From: Chiloscyllium plagiosum | Lineage: Eukaryota | Direction of reading: 5' to 3' | DNA length: 64,000 nucleotides | Assembly: GCF_004010195.1 (NCBI RefSeq) | Contig: NC_057718.1 | Span: 9,136,700-9,200,699 of the forward strand | Shown here: piece by piece, positions 1 through 12,035 of the stretch | How the letters are laid out: the number at the start of each line of letters is the position of its first letter | Position numbering within the stretch: the stretch's first letter is position 1 | Notes under the pieces: generated by a model | Databases searched by the model: none | Seen by the model: the letters and a program-made list of their open reading frames with translations, nothing else | What the model was told of the DNA's origin: nothing | Made by a program: the position numbers and the translations under genes

Positions 1-13
1 TGGAAAGCAGATT

Positions 14-403
14 CTGGATCAGTGGTGCTGGAATAGCACAGCAATTCAGGCAGCATCCGGGGACAGGCAAAATCGACGTTTCGGGCAAAAGCCCTTCATC
101 AGGAATAAAGGCAGAGAGCCTGAAGCGTGGAGAGATAAGCTAGAGGAGGGTGGGGGTGGGGAGAGAGTGGCATAGAGTACAATAGGTCAGTGGGGGAGGA
201 GATGAAGGTGATAGGTCAGGGAGGAGAGGGTGGATGCTACTCTCTCCCCACCCCCACCCTCCTCTAGCTTATCTCTCCACGCTTAAGGCTCTCTGCCTTT
301 ATTCCTGATGAAGGGCTTTTGCCCGAAACGTCGATTTTGCCTGTCCTCGGATTTTGCCTGTCCTCGGATGTTGCCTGAATTGCTGTGCTCTTCCAGCACC
401 ACT
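14..403. mobile_element. Penelope-like element (PLE) terminal repeats in inverted orientation, each with a minimal hammerhead ribozyme motif
   Basis: The left arm (14-~170) is the reverse complement of the right arm (~240-403). CTGATGAAGGGCTTTTGCCCGAAACGTC is at 305-332 (+) and its reverse complement at 75-102. Confidence 0.8.
305..332 (+). ncRNA. Minimal hammerhead ribozyme motif (PLE-associated)
   Basis: CTGATGA core, stem II GGGC-TTTT-GCCC, GAAAC, then GTC cleavage triplet. Confidence 0.65.
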
Positions 404-1178
404 AAGAGCCGAAGTAGGCCGTTCAGCCCATCAAGTCTGCTCTGACATTCAATGAGATGACGGATGAGTAATTAATGCAGCCAGTGTTCAGAAACCTCAA
501 TCGCAATTCTTTACAAATGGCTCTGATCACCTCAGTGGTGTCCACAATGAGTAGTCTTGAGCTGCCCCTTATTCCCAAATAGCCAGTGAATAAAATGAAG
601 AAAATTGAAGACTCCAGCTGCCTGTGTGACAGAGCTCCAGGATAGGAGGCCAGTGCCTTTCGGAAGTGAAGAAACAAAGTTAGTGTGAGAAATTCAACTG
701 CAGACAGTGAGGGGTGCAAGAGACTGACATCTCAAGGGATACTTTTGACTTTGCTGCTACAGAAGCTGTCAAGCCCTGACAGTTTAAGGAAGATAGATGA
801 TCATGTGCACTTCGAATCACAAAGAACCCTGTCATTAGACTCCTAACTGTAGCTCTACTGCTCTTCCTTCAGTTTCTTCACATCCTTTGGTCCAATCACT
901 CTTCATCAAGTCCTTTCTGAATCTGATCAGGGCTCACCATCGAAATAAGAATCAGAGATATATTCAAAATCAATTGAAATCTTTGGGAATAGTTCTTCTC
1001 ATTGGTGCAATAATTTCATTCATATTCTGAGTGTAGAATGAACTGACTTCCAGAAGCTTTGTGTTATTAAAAACAAGTACCAACACTTAAGGTCACAATT
1101 TTATTCCCATAATGTTTGCCAGGTAAAATGAGATGGCTCATACAGAATCAACACACCTCCCTCACTCCCTATATCCCT

Positions 1179-1295
1179 AACACACACACATAGGCCCGCG
1201 CGCGTGCGCACACACACACATGTACAAAAACACACGCACAGAAATAAACACACACACAGAGATAAACACACACTAACACTTTGTACACACAAATG
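1179..1295. repeat. Imperfect (CA)n microsatellite
   Basis: Interrupted CACACA runs. Confidence 0.9.
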
Positions 1296-1299
1296 CATG

Positions 1300-3160
1300 A
1301 TGTGGAGGTGCTGGTGTTAGACTGGGGTGGACAAAGTTAAAAATCATACAACTCCAGGTTATAGACCAACAGGTTTATTCTACTAAACAAGTATCTTGCA
1401 TCAGTGTTTACTGTGGAGAAGGACATGGAAGATATAGAATGAAGGGAAATAGATCGTGACATCTTGAAAAATGTCCATATTAAAGAAGAGGAGGTGCTGC
1501 ATGTCTTAAAAGGCAAAAAGGTGGATAAATCCCCAGGATCTGATCAGGTGTACCCTAGAACTCTGTGGAAAGCTAGGGAAGTGATGGCTGGGCCCCTTGC
1601 TGAGATATTTGTATCAACTTTACTCACAGGTGAGGTGCTGAAAGACTGGAGGTTGCCTAACGCCGTGCCACTGTTTAAGAAAGGTGGTAAAGACAAGCCA
1701 GGGAACTATAGACCAGTGAGCCTGATGTTGGTGGTGGGCAAGTTGTTGGAGGGAATCGTGAGGGTCAGGATTTACATATATTTGGAAAGGCAAGGACTGA
1801 TTAGGGATAGTCAACATGGCTTTGTGCTTGGGAAATCATGTCTCACCAATTTGAGTTTTTTGAAGTGACAAAGAGGATTGATGAGGGCAGAGCAGTAGAT
1901 GTGATCTATATGGACTTCAGTAAGGTGTTCAACAAAGTTCCTCATGGGAGACTGGTTAGCAAGGTTAGATCTGATGGAATGCGGGGAGAACTAGCCATTT
2001 TGATACAGAACTGGCTCAAAGGTAGAAGACAGAGGGTGGTGGTGGAGGGTTGTTTTTCAGACTGGAGGCCTGTGACCAGTGGTGAGCACTGGGTCCACTG
2101 TTTTTTGTCATTTATATAAATGATTTGGATGTGAACAGAGGAAGTTTAGTTCGTAAGTTTGCACATGACACCAAAATTGGAGATGTAGTGGATAGTGAAG
2201 AATTGCAACCTCAGATTGCAACAGGATCTGGACCAGATGGGCCAATGTGCTGAGGAGTGGAAGATGGAGTTTAATTCAGATAAATGTGAGGTGCTGCATT
2301 TTGGAAAAGCAAATCTTAGCAGGACTTATACACTTAATGGTAAGGTCCTGACGAGTGTTGCTGAACAGAGACCTTGGAGTGCAGGTTCATAGCTCCTTGA
2401 AAGTGGAGTCGCAGGTAGATAGGGTAGTGAAGAAGATGTTTAGTATACTTTCCTTTGTTGGTCAGAGTATTGAGTACAGGAGTTGGGAGGTCATGTTGCG
2501 GGTGTACATGACTTTGGTTAGGCCACTTTTAGAATATTGTGTGCAATTCTGGTCTCCCTACTATCAGAATGATGTTGTGAAACTTGAAAGGGTTCAGAAA
2601 AGATTAACAAGGATGTTGCCAGGATTGGAGGGTTTGAGCTATAGAGAGAAGCTGAATAGGCTGGGGCTGTTTTCTCTGGAGCTCTATAAGGTCACCCCGT
2701 AGGCTGAGGGTTGACCTTATAGAGGTTAATAAAATCTTGAGGGGTATGGATAAGGTAAACAGACAAGATCTTTTCCCTGGGGTGGGGGAGTCCAGAGCTA
2801 GAGGGCACAGGTTTCAGGTGAGAGAGGAGAGATTTAAAAGAGATCTAAGGGGCAAATCTTTCATGCAGAGGGTGGTGTGTGTATGGAATGAGCTGCCAGA
2901 GGAAGTGGTGGAGGCTGGTACAGTTACATTTAAAAGGCATCTGGATGGGAATATGAATCGGAAGGGTTTAGAGCAATATGGGCCAAGTGCTGGCAAATAG
3001 GACTAGATAAGGTTTGGATATTTGGTCGGCATGGACAAGTTGGACCGAAGGGTCTGTTTCCGTGCTGTATGTCTCTATGACTCTAATTGGAAGTACTAGC
3101 TTTTGGAGTGCTGCTCTTTCATCAGGTAACTGTGGGTTGTGTGATTTTTAACTTTGTCCA
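1300..3160 (-). mobile_element. PLE family-B terminal repeat, split by a CR1 insertion (halves ~1300-1380 and ~3086-3160)
   Basis: The motif ...ccaacaggtttat|ttggaagcactagc... is intact at 43662-43690 but is split here by the CR1. Confidence 0.65.
1381..3085 (+). mobile_element. 5'-truncated CR1 LINE (HER1-like), ORF2 RT remnant with frameshifts
   Basis: KSPGSD, VPLFKKG..PGNYRPVSL, SQHGF, VDVIYMDFSKVF, NSDKCEVLHFG, RPLLEYCVQFW and LERVQKR motifs; 3' tail ctctatgactcta. Confidence 0.95.
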
Positions 3161-3480
3161 CACAAATATAAACACACCCACACATACATATAAACAAACT
3201 ACAAACACACACAATAGAATAGAATAGAATATCCTTTGATTGTCATGTGTACTCCATTGTAGGAATAGAGTGAAAAGCTTTTTCAATGTCTGCCTTCTTA
3301 TGGCAATATCTTTGGTACAAGTACCTCCGTACAGTTCTTGGATACAACAGAGGAACAGTTGTATTACTTGTAGAGTTGAAAACTAAGTTTAAATTAGGAC
3401 ATCATTCATGGGCTGACATAACAGTAAGGTAGGAAATTTCACATAGACATTGCAGTGTAGCAGCTCAGCACAGAAACAGG

Positions 3481-4340
3481 GATGTTTGTCAATGATTGGA
3501 CAATGTTCAGCACCATTCACGACTCCTCAGATTCTGAAGCAATCAATCTTCAAATACAACAAGATTTGAACAATATCCAGGCTTGAGCTAACAACTGACA
3601 AGTAATATACATGCCACATAAATGCCAAGCTATGACCACCTCCAATAAGAGACAATCTAATCAACCTCCCTTGACATTCAATGGTGTTACCATCACTGAA
3701 TCCACCACTATCAACATCCTATGGGTTAATTGACCAGAAAGTCAACTTGACTCATCACATAAACAGTGTGGCTACGAGAGCAGGTCAGAGGCTAGGAATA
3801 CTGCGGTGAGTAATTCACCCAAAACCTGTCCACCATCTACAAGGCACAAGTCAGGAGTGTGATGGAATACTCCCCACTTACCTGGATGGGGGCAGCTCCA
3901 AAAATACTCAAGAAGCTTGACACCATCGAGGACAAAACAGCAAGCTTGATTGGCACCACGTCCACAAACATCCACTCTCTCCACCAGCAACACTCAGTAG
4001 CAGCAGTGTGTTCCAAGGTGCACAGCAGAAATTCTCCAAAGATCCTCAGTCAGCACTTTCCAAACCCACTTCCCTCTGGAAGGACAAGGTTAGATACATG
4101 GGGTCACCACCATCTGCAAGTTCCCCTCCAAGCCACTTGCTATCCTGATTTGGAAATATATCGCCGTTCCTTCACTGTCACTGGGTCAAAATCCTTGAAT
4201 TCCCTCTCTGTGGGCATTCTGGACAACCCACAGCAGGTGGACTGTCGCTGGGTCAAGAAGGCAGCTCACCAACACCTTCTCAAGGGCAACTAGGGACGGG
4301 CAATAAATAGCGATACCCATAGCCCCCAAATGAATTAATT
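3481..4340 (+). mobile_element. CR1-group LINE family B, 3' fragment
   Basis: MEYSPLTWMGAAP..LKKLDTIEDK ORF2 C-terminal motif; tail agggacgggcaataaat is shared with SINE-B copies. Confidence 0.8.
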
Positions 4341-4420
4341 TCAAAACACTTACGTAAGTATGTAAATACATACATATACATAAATACAACACATACATAA
4401 ACACACACACTTCAGTTACT

Positions 4421-5035
4421 CATCATCATCATCATCGACGGTCCCTCACCCTCACAGATGAGGATGACTCTCTCCCTCTCTCAGGGTGAGTCTGTAGATG
4501 GCTGTACAGATTGATGGGGCTACCACAGGCTCTGTTACACTTGGGGCAGCAGGTGGTGATGGGAAGGGGTGGCTGGGGCATTGGTGGGGCGGCACGCTCC
4601 CTACGCTGTTTTCTCCTGGCTTCTGCTGTCCAAGTGCTCAGCACCTTCTGGAAGCTCCTCCTCCACTTTAGACGGTCTTGGGCTGGTGATTCCCAGGTGT
4701 CTGTGAGAATGTTGCACTTCCCCAGTGAGGCCTTGAGGGTATCCCTGAAGCATTTCCTCCGTCCGTCTGGGGCTGGCCTGCCATTTCGGAGCTGGGTGTA
4801 GATCTCCTGCTTGATGAGTCTCATGTCGGTCATGGGGACGACAGGCCCAGTCCATTGCAGGCGATCAAAGTGTGGTGGGGGGGGAATCAGTGCCTCGATG
4901 CTGGGGATGTTGGCCTGGTTGAGTACGCTGGGCTTGGTGCGTCTGTCTTCCCAGTGGATTCACAGCATCTTCCAGAGGCAGCATTGGTGGAACTGCTCCA
5001 GCACCTTGAGGTGCCATTTCAGTTACTGGTGAGCA
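4421..5035 (-). mobile_element. RTE-clade LINE 3' fragment
   Basis: ORF 4432-4833 has R.KQ..Y..L..G.....G....FRDTLK and WE..AQDRLKWR, a C-terminal CPKC...HLQTH zinc-finger-like motif, and a (GAT)n tail at 4421-4436. Confidence 0.85.
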
Positions 5036-5356
5036 TTTGGCACCCAAAGATAACATCGCGAATCTAACCTGGAGAATTTCGATTTCATCCAGATTGCTAG
5101 GATAAGGGATAACTCCCCAACCCTCTCCCAAAATATAAGGAGGCAGCATTCTTAGTGAATTAAAGCAAGTTTCAATCCATTCTTAGGGCAGGAGTCTCCT
5201 GATATCACAGCTTCAGGTTGACAGTTCCAGTAAGAGAGACAACGAGGGCAATTGAGGGGCTGAACAGTCACAGTGTTGAAGCCTCATGTTCAAAGACTCT
5301 GCTTCCATCTCCATTTCAGAACAAGAGTCCCAAAGACGCATGAACCTCTCTGAGAA

Positions 5357-5509
5357 ATAATATCTCATCTCTGTTTTAAATGGCGAAGCCTTCTTTTTAA
5401 ACGCTGATTTCTAGTTGTAGGTTCTCCCATAAGAGGAAGCATTCTGTCCATATTTACCCTCTCAGGACTTCTCAGGATTTCATATGTTTTAATCAAGTCA
5501 CCACTTACT
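5357..5509 (-). repeat. Inverted duplicate A' of 7425-7577 (CR1 fragment), at the left inversion breakpoint
   Basis: 153-bp reverse-complement match; I see only one mismatch. Confidence 0.9.
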
Positions 5510-5515
5510 TGATTA

Positions 5516-5864
5516 CATTTTCTTCGGTTGAGTAGAAGAGGTCATTATCCTCCTGCCCATAAGCTCGAGGCACTTTGCCAGGGAACCTTGGGCCAGGCTG
5601 GCATGGTCTGGTGGCATGGTGTCCACTGCTGGTCCCTGGGGGAAGAGGACACTGACCTGTGACCCACCCCAGCCATCAGGAGCCCTGGATCCCTGCCCAC
5701 AAGGCTGGGTGCCCAACTCCTCATGTTAGGGGCAAATATCAGGAACTGGGTTGAGCATCACGAGATTGACGCTGCTTGTCTGGGTGCCCAACAGCCTCTT
5801 AAACATGACGGTGGTGCCAGGGATGCCAATCAATTCTGGGAAATCCCAGCAATGGGGCGACATT
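5516..5864 (-). repeat. Inverted duplicate B' of 7578-7921, at the left inversion breakpoint
   Basis: ~345-bp reverse-complement match with about 11 substitutions and one 5-bp indel by eye. ORFs 5513..5716(-) and 7721..7969(+) are near-identical. Confidence 0.9.
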
Positions 5865-5965
5865 TTGGGAATGGTGTGCAGTAAGATAGCTAGTTAATGA
5901 GGTGCATTTGGTGAGATACATTGAGGCCTTGTGATGAAAAACCACCCAAATATCTTGATGCAACA

Positions 5966-6257
5966 GGGTGGCTTCGTGGTGAGGACTGCTGCCTCACAGC
6001 ATCGAGGACACAGGTTCAATTCTGGTCTCGGGCAACTGTGTTTGTGGAGTTTGCCCATTCTCCCCGTGTCTGTGTGGGTTTCCTCCAGGTACTCCCACAG
6101 ATATGAAGATAAGGTGGATTGGCCATGGCAAATTGTCCATAGTGTTCAGGGATGTGCAGGTTAGGTGGGTTTGTCATGGGACATACAAGGGTAGGGTGGA
6201 ATGCTCTTTGAGGATGCAGACCCAATGGGCTGAATGGCCTGTACTATAGGGATTCTA
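5966..6257 (+). mobile_element. V-SINE (HE1-like), diverged
   Basis: tRNA-like head, V-domain gtggagtttgcccattctccccgtgtctg, CR1-like tail. Confidence 0.8.
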
Positions 6258-6565
6258 ATTCACGTTGAGGCATAAAACATGGTATTCAATCCTGTCTGTC
6301 TTTAACAGCAAAGGAGGTACCATTTGAAAGAGTGTGAAATGATCCGTTTTGACAGGAAGAATTACAATGAAGCATATTATCTAAATGGTGAGAGATTACA
6401 GAGCTCTGAGACGCAGAGGGATCTGAGTGTCCGACTGCATGAATCCCAGAAGGTTAGCCTGCAGGTGGAACAAGTAATCAGGAAAATGAATAGAGTGCGG
6501 TCGTATTTTTCAAGTGAAATGAATACAAATCCGGGCAGGTTATGCTTTTATTATTTATGTCATTG

Positions 6566-7259
6566 TTGTGGTTCTGTTCGCCGAGCTGGAAATTTGTGTT
6601 GCAGACGTTTCGTCCCCTGTCTAGATGACATCCTCAGTGCTTGGGAGCCTCCTGTGAAGTGCTTCTGTGATCTTTCCTCCGGCATTTGTAGTGGTTTGAA
6701 TCTGCCGCTTCCGGTTGTCAGTTCCAGCTGTCCGTTGCAGTGGTCGGTATATTGGGTCCAGATCGATGTGCTTATTGATTGAATCTGTGGATGAATGCCA
6801 TGCCTCTAGGAATTCCCTGGCTGTTCTCTGTTTGGCATGTCGTTGGTGTAGCCAACTAGCCACAAAACGACACGACCAGCTATCCTTAGTAGCCACACAC
6901 GCAGATGACAAGCAACATGAGTTCGACTGGGACAACACTCCTATTAAAGGACAAGCCAAACAGAGAACAGCCAGGGAATTCCTAGAGGCATGGCACTCAT
7001 CCACAGATTCAATCAATAAGCACATCAACCTGGACCCAATATACCGACCACTGCAGCGGACAGCTGGAACTGACAACCGAAAACGGCAGAGACAAACCAC
7101 ATAAATGCTGGAGGAAAGATCACAAAAGCGCTTCACAGGAGGCTCCCAAGCACTGAGGATGTCACCTAGACAAGGGACGAAACGTCTGCAACACAAATTC
7201 CCAGCTTGGCGAACAGAACCACAACAAGGAGCTCCAGAGCTACAAATCTTCTCCCAAAC
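6566..7259 (+). mobile_element. PLE 3' fragment (GIY-YIG endonuclease C-terminus) with inverted 5' repeat and 15-bp TSD
   Basis: HADDKQHEFDWDNT..KQRTAREFLEAWHS..SINKH matches the PLE endonuclease end. 6566-~6835 is the reverse complement of ~6953-7227. TSD ttatttatgtcattg at 6551-6565 and 7260-7274. Confidence 0.9.
7150..7189 (+). ncRNA. Minimal hammerhead ribozyme motif
   Basis: Stem I GCA/TGC, CTGAGGA, stem II GTC...GAC, GAAAC-GTC. A second copy lies on the - strand at 6601-6640. Confidence 0.7.
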
Positions 7260-7577
7260 TTATTTATGTCATTGCTGAGATCAAATCCTGATTACAAGGA
7301 AGAAAGGAAGGATGAAGGTATTGGAAACAGTTCAGAGAAGGACTCCCAAATTAATAGTTGGAAGGGGCACGTTATCTGGAAAGAAAAGACTGGACAGGCT
7401 AGGCTTGTATCCACTGGAGTTTAGAGTAAGTGCTGACTTGATTAAAACATATGAAATCCTGAGAAGTCCTGAGAGGGTAAATATGGACAGAATGCTTCCT
7501 CTTATGGGAGAACCTACAACTAGAAATCAGCGTTTAAAAAGAAGGCTTCGCCATTTAAAACAGAGATGAGATATTAT

Positions 7578-8300
7578 AATGTCGCCCCATTGCTGGGATT
7601 TCCCAGAATTGATTGGCATCCCTGGCACCAACGTTTAAGAGGCTGTTGGGCACCCAGGCAAGCAGCGTCCATCTCGTGATGCTCAATCCAGTTCCTGATA
7701 TTTGCCCCTAACATGAGGAGTTGGGCATCCAGCCTTGTGGGCAGGGATCCAGGGCTCCTGATGGCTGCGGTGGGTCACAGGTCAGTGTCCTCTTCCCCCA
7801 GGGACCAGTAGTGGATGCCATGCCACCAGACCATGCCAGCCTGGCCCAAGGTTCCCTGGCAGAGTGCCTAGAGCTTATGGGCAGGAGGATAATGACCTCT
7901 TCTACTCAACCGAAGAAAATGCCGGTACCTTCTCTCCTCACACTCACTCTATCTCTGCTCCACCTCTGAACATAACTCATTCCCTACACTTCTACTACTA
8001 TCTGCAACATTTTCCCTTGCTCGCTGTCAGCCACGCCGATCCCTCACCCCACCATGCCCTCTGTGCTGCCTACTCGCTCACTTGGGACATCTCCCCACTG
8101 CACCAACATTAACAGCTGTGCCACCCACTTCCATCTCCCTGAATACAAATCTATCTCTCTCCTTCCAGGAGGAAAGCAGCCCACAGTAGGACAGGAAGAA
8201 TAAGGACAGGCAGTGGGGTGCCAGACAGTTGGCTCCTCACCTTTGGTGAGGAGACCATCCTGACCCTGTGCGTACCCTAGCTGCTGAACTGACTGTCTCC
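7578..8300 (+). mobile_element. Decayed Harbinger-type transposon Myb/SANT-like (NAIF1-like) gene remnant, with a probable intron
   Basis: Frameshifted VLFP..QTMPAWPKV..NDL fragments. After the acceptor ctctctccttccag (ends 8168) the reading KAAHS...RTGSGVPD..LLTFGEETIL resembles the TGGG..LT..EE motif of this family. Recognised by eye only. Confidence 0.45.
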
Positions 8301-8689
8301 CGGCTGCTGGGCGGGTGCAAGAAGCAGACTGTGCGTGGAACCTCGGACTGAAGGCTATCTCCCCTGACTTCACTGAGGACTGCTGGCTACCGTGATGAGC
8401 TTCCTGACTTGGTGCCTCCTCTAATTGGCGTAGCAATATGGTGTACCTGGTATCTCTGGCTAAGGCAACAAGGCAAGGCAAGATAGTGAAGCTGTGAGCA
8501 TCCAGATTGACTCAGAGTGAGTGAGCGCTGTGTGAGTGAGCAAAGAGCCTGGAGATATCACCAGTCGGAGAGCTGGGGGTCGGTGGGGTGGTGGGGGGGA
8601 AGGGTTTGGGTACGGGAGGAGTGTATTCTGAGGTGCAGAAGCATCCTCTAAGTCAGTGCGAGATGGGCCATATGGATTCTTAGAGACAG

Positions 8690-9230
8690 GACATTTTACA
8701 TTTGGAATATTGTGAGCAGTTTTGGGCCCCGTATCTAAGGAAGGATGTACTGACATTGGAGGGGGTCCAGAGGAGATTCAGAAGAATGACCCTGGGGTTG
8801 GAGGGCCTGTCATATGAGGAATGATTGAGGACTCTGGGTCTGTATGTGATGGAATTTAGAAGGATGAGGGAGATCTGATTGAAAATTACAGGACACTGAG
8901 AGATCTGGATATAACGGACGTGGAGAAGATATTTCCACTAGCTGGAGAGACTCAGACCCAAGGGCACAGCCTCAGAGTGAAGGGACTACCCTTTAGAACT
9001 GAGATGAGGAGGAATTACTTCAGCCAGAGTGTGGGGAATCTGTGGAACTCATTGCCACAGAGGGCTGTGGAGACCAGGTCATTGCGTGTATTTAAGACAG
9101 AGATAGATAGCTTCTTGATGAGTAAGGAGAAATGACAGGAGAAAGGGGTTGAGAAACATTTCAGCCATGTTTGAATGGAAGGGCAATCTCAATGGGCTGA
9201 AATCCTCATTCTACTCCCACATTGTATGGT
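8690..9230 (+). mobile_element. CR1 LINE 3' fragment
   Basis: IFPLAGETQTQGHSLRV..FRTEMRRNYFSQ..NLWNSLP motif. Confidence 0.9.
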
Positions 9231-9572
9231 GTATGGATGCCAATATCTGTAGATGTGGCGGTTGTGTGGCTGGTGCTCATGGAGAGTGCCATGTGATATT
9301 GGTGCCCAGTGTCCAACATGGAAGGTCTTTTAGAGCAAGTAGTGAGCTGAAATCACCAGGTACCTGCTCGGACCTCCATACCCAGAACTCTCAGCGTTTC
9401 CTTTGTTGGTGTACTTGCTAAGAGGTGGGAAGATGCATGTTAATGAGGAGGGTTGTGTGGTTAATAAGGTGTTAATAACCCCCCTTCATTGGCAACTTGC
9501 TGCTGCCTTGCAAGAAAATCACCTTGCCACTCATCAAATACATAAAAGATGTAACTATTTGTTCTTGACGTT

Positions 9573-9908
9573 GAGATAGACTTCAACAGAGTAATCGCTT
9601 GATTAGGGAAAAGTGAGGACTGCAGATGCTGGAGATCAGAGCTGAAAATGTGTTGCTGGAAAGGCGCAGCAGGTCAGGCAGCATCCTTGGAACAGGAGAA
9701 TCGACGTTTTGGGCATAAGCCCTTCTTCAGGAATGAAGATTCTTTCTTTCTTGAAGAAGGGCTTATGCCCAAAACGTCGATTCTCCTGTTCCTTGGATGC
9801 TGCCTGACCTGCTGCGCTTTTCCAGCAACACATTTTCAGCTCTGATCTCCAGCATCTGCAGTCCTCACTTTTCCCTAATCAAGCGATTACTCTGTTGAAG
9901 TCTATCTC
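9573..9908. mobile_element. Near-perfect palindrome of two PLE ends plus 34 bp of inverted host flank
   Basis: 9573-~9728 is the reverse complement of ~9752-9908. Direct repeat tcgcttgattag at 9595-9606 and 9907-9918. Confidence 0.9.
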
Positions 9909-10096
9909 GCTTGATTAGTCTATAAATCACAACATAGTCCACATTGCATCGGCCACTGTAAGAGACAGATTATAATGTTTCAGGTCATTAAGGGTGAGGC
10001 AATGGCCCAGTGGTATTTTCACTGGACTATTAACCCAGAGACCCATGGCAGATGGTGAAATTTGAATTGAATGAAAGTTCGGAATTAAGCGTTTAA

Positions 10097-10676
10097 ACAC
10101 CTAAAAATGGATAAAACCCCAGGACCTGATCAGGTGTTCCCTAGAACTCTGTGGGAAGCTAGAGAAGTGATTGCTGGGCCTCTTGTTGAGATATTTGTAT
10201 CATCGATAGTCACAGGTGAGGTGCCGGAAGACTGAAGGTTGGCAAATGTGGTGCCACTGTTTAAGAAGGGTGGTAAGGACAAGCCAGGGAACTATAGACT
10301 GGTGAGCCTGACATCGATGGTGAGCAAGTTGTTGGAGGGAATCCTGAGCGACAGGATGTACATATATTTGGAAAGGCAAGGACTGATTAGGGATAGTCAA
10401 CATGGACATAGGTTTAGGGTGACAGTGGAAAAATATAAAAGAAACCTAAGGGACAACTTTTTCATGTGGATGGAATGAGCTGCCAGAGGACGTGGTGGAG
10501 GCTGGTACAATTGCAACATTTAAAAGGCACCTGGATGGGTATATGAATAGGAAGGGTTTGGAGGGATATGGGCCAGGTGCTGGTAGGTGAGACTAGATTG
10601 GGTTGGGATATCTAGTTGGCATGGACGGGTTGGATCGAAGTGTCTGTTTCCATGGTGTACATTTCTATGATTCTAT
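10097..10676 (+). mobile_element. Internally deleted CR1, inserted in a SINE-B (halves ~9991-10090 and ~10680-10830)
   Basis: RT N-terminal motifs end at SQHG (~10405) and join directly to the GHRFRV 3' region; CR1 tail at ~10665. Confidence 0.85.
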
Positions 10677-12035
10677 GTTCAGTGATAACCATTGCCAATT
10701 GTCAGAAAAAGTCATCTGATTTGCCAATGTCCTTTAGGGAAGGTATCTGCCATCATTACCCAGTCCTGCATACATGTGACTCCAGACCCACAGTAATGCG
10801 GCAGACTCTTAACTGCTCTCTGGAATGATTGAGTAAGCAGTTTCCCAGAGAGCGGGCCAAAGCGGAGGAGACTGAGCCCTTGCAGGAAGTGCACTTGAGA
10901 AAGACTGTTAAACGTTTAACTTTATTCCTTTACTTTTCCACTTAATACTCGGCAGGAATGTAATGTTAACTTTTAACTTTATTGTCCTACTTAAAACAAG
11001 AACAATGGTAATGCTTTACTTTTAATTTTGTTTCTCTGCATTACTACTTGCACCGAAGTTTTGTCCCTTTGTACCTAACGTGTTGCTGTGTGTGACAACC
11101 TTGTACACTTTTCACTGTACCTCTGTACTTGAGTGCACATGATAATAGAGCTTAAACCAAATTAGCAATGGGCAATACAGTCTGGCCTTACCAATGACAC
11201 TGACATCCTGTTAAGAAGTTTTTGTTTATTCAAAGGATGTGGGCCTTGCTGGCTGGGCCAATATTTCTTGCTGATCCCTAAGTGATCTAGAAAAGAGTTA
11301 CTGAAGCCTGTTGCAGGTAGATAGCCCCACAGTGCTGTTAGAAAGCGAGAGAGGGAATTCTAGGATTCTGACCCAGGAACAGTGAAGGAACGGCGATGAA
11401 TTCAGGATGATGAGTGGTTTACAGGAGAACTCACAGGTGTTGATGTTTCTCTGTCCTAGTGTCTAGGTCAATGCCAGATGGTCTAATTCCCTTTTTTTAC
11501 CACTTTGTTGCTGCTGAAAATGGACTTAGCTGCCCATTTCAGAGTGCACATAAGAGATGGCAACATTGCTGTCTCTATGTTCCACAGCAGCCATCTGCCA
11601 GTCACCCCGCAGTGAGACAGTCAGCTGATACTTCATCCCCTAAGGCTCTGAGTACCCAGGAGCTGCTCAGAGGGAGCTCAGCGACCAGCGTCGATAGCAG
11701 ACCTCTCCTGGTCTGACTGAGCACCAGCTTCCGGGACAGAGTGCATTCACCCAGATCGGAGAGCAATCCACCAGGCAGGAAGGTGACAGCTGGGACAGTG
11801 TTACCCAGGCAGGGGAACATTTACACAAATAGAAGCAAAATATGTGCACCCAGGAAATCTGAAATAAAGGCAGAAAGTGCCGGAGAAACTCAGCAGGCCT
11901 GGCACGCTCCGTGCAGAGGAAATCAGAGTTAACCCTGAGTCGAGTGGGACTGCTCTTCAGAACGGACTGTAAAATGTTAACTCTGGTTCTCTCCTCACCG
12001 ACGCTGGCAGACCTGTACTCTCTGTGCTTCTTCAT

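Noticed and set aside
1464..3000. Functional reverse-transcriptase gene
   Set aside because: Split by several frameshifts and stops and 5'-truncated; a dead CR1 copy.
5513..5716. Duplicated small gene pair (with 7721-7969)
   Set aside because: Similarity is explained by the DNA-level breakpoint duplication; non-ATG starts and no coding signature.
9636..9845. Recurrent 'MCCWKSAAGQAAS' small-protein family
   Set aside because: Antisense translation of the non-coding PLE terminal repeat; recurrence reflects repeat copy number.
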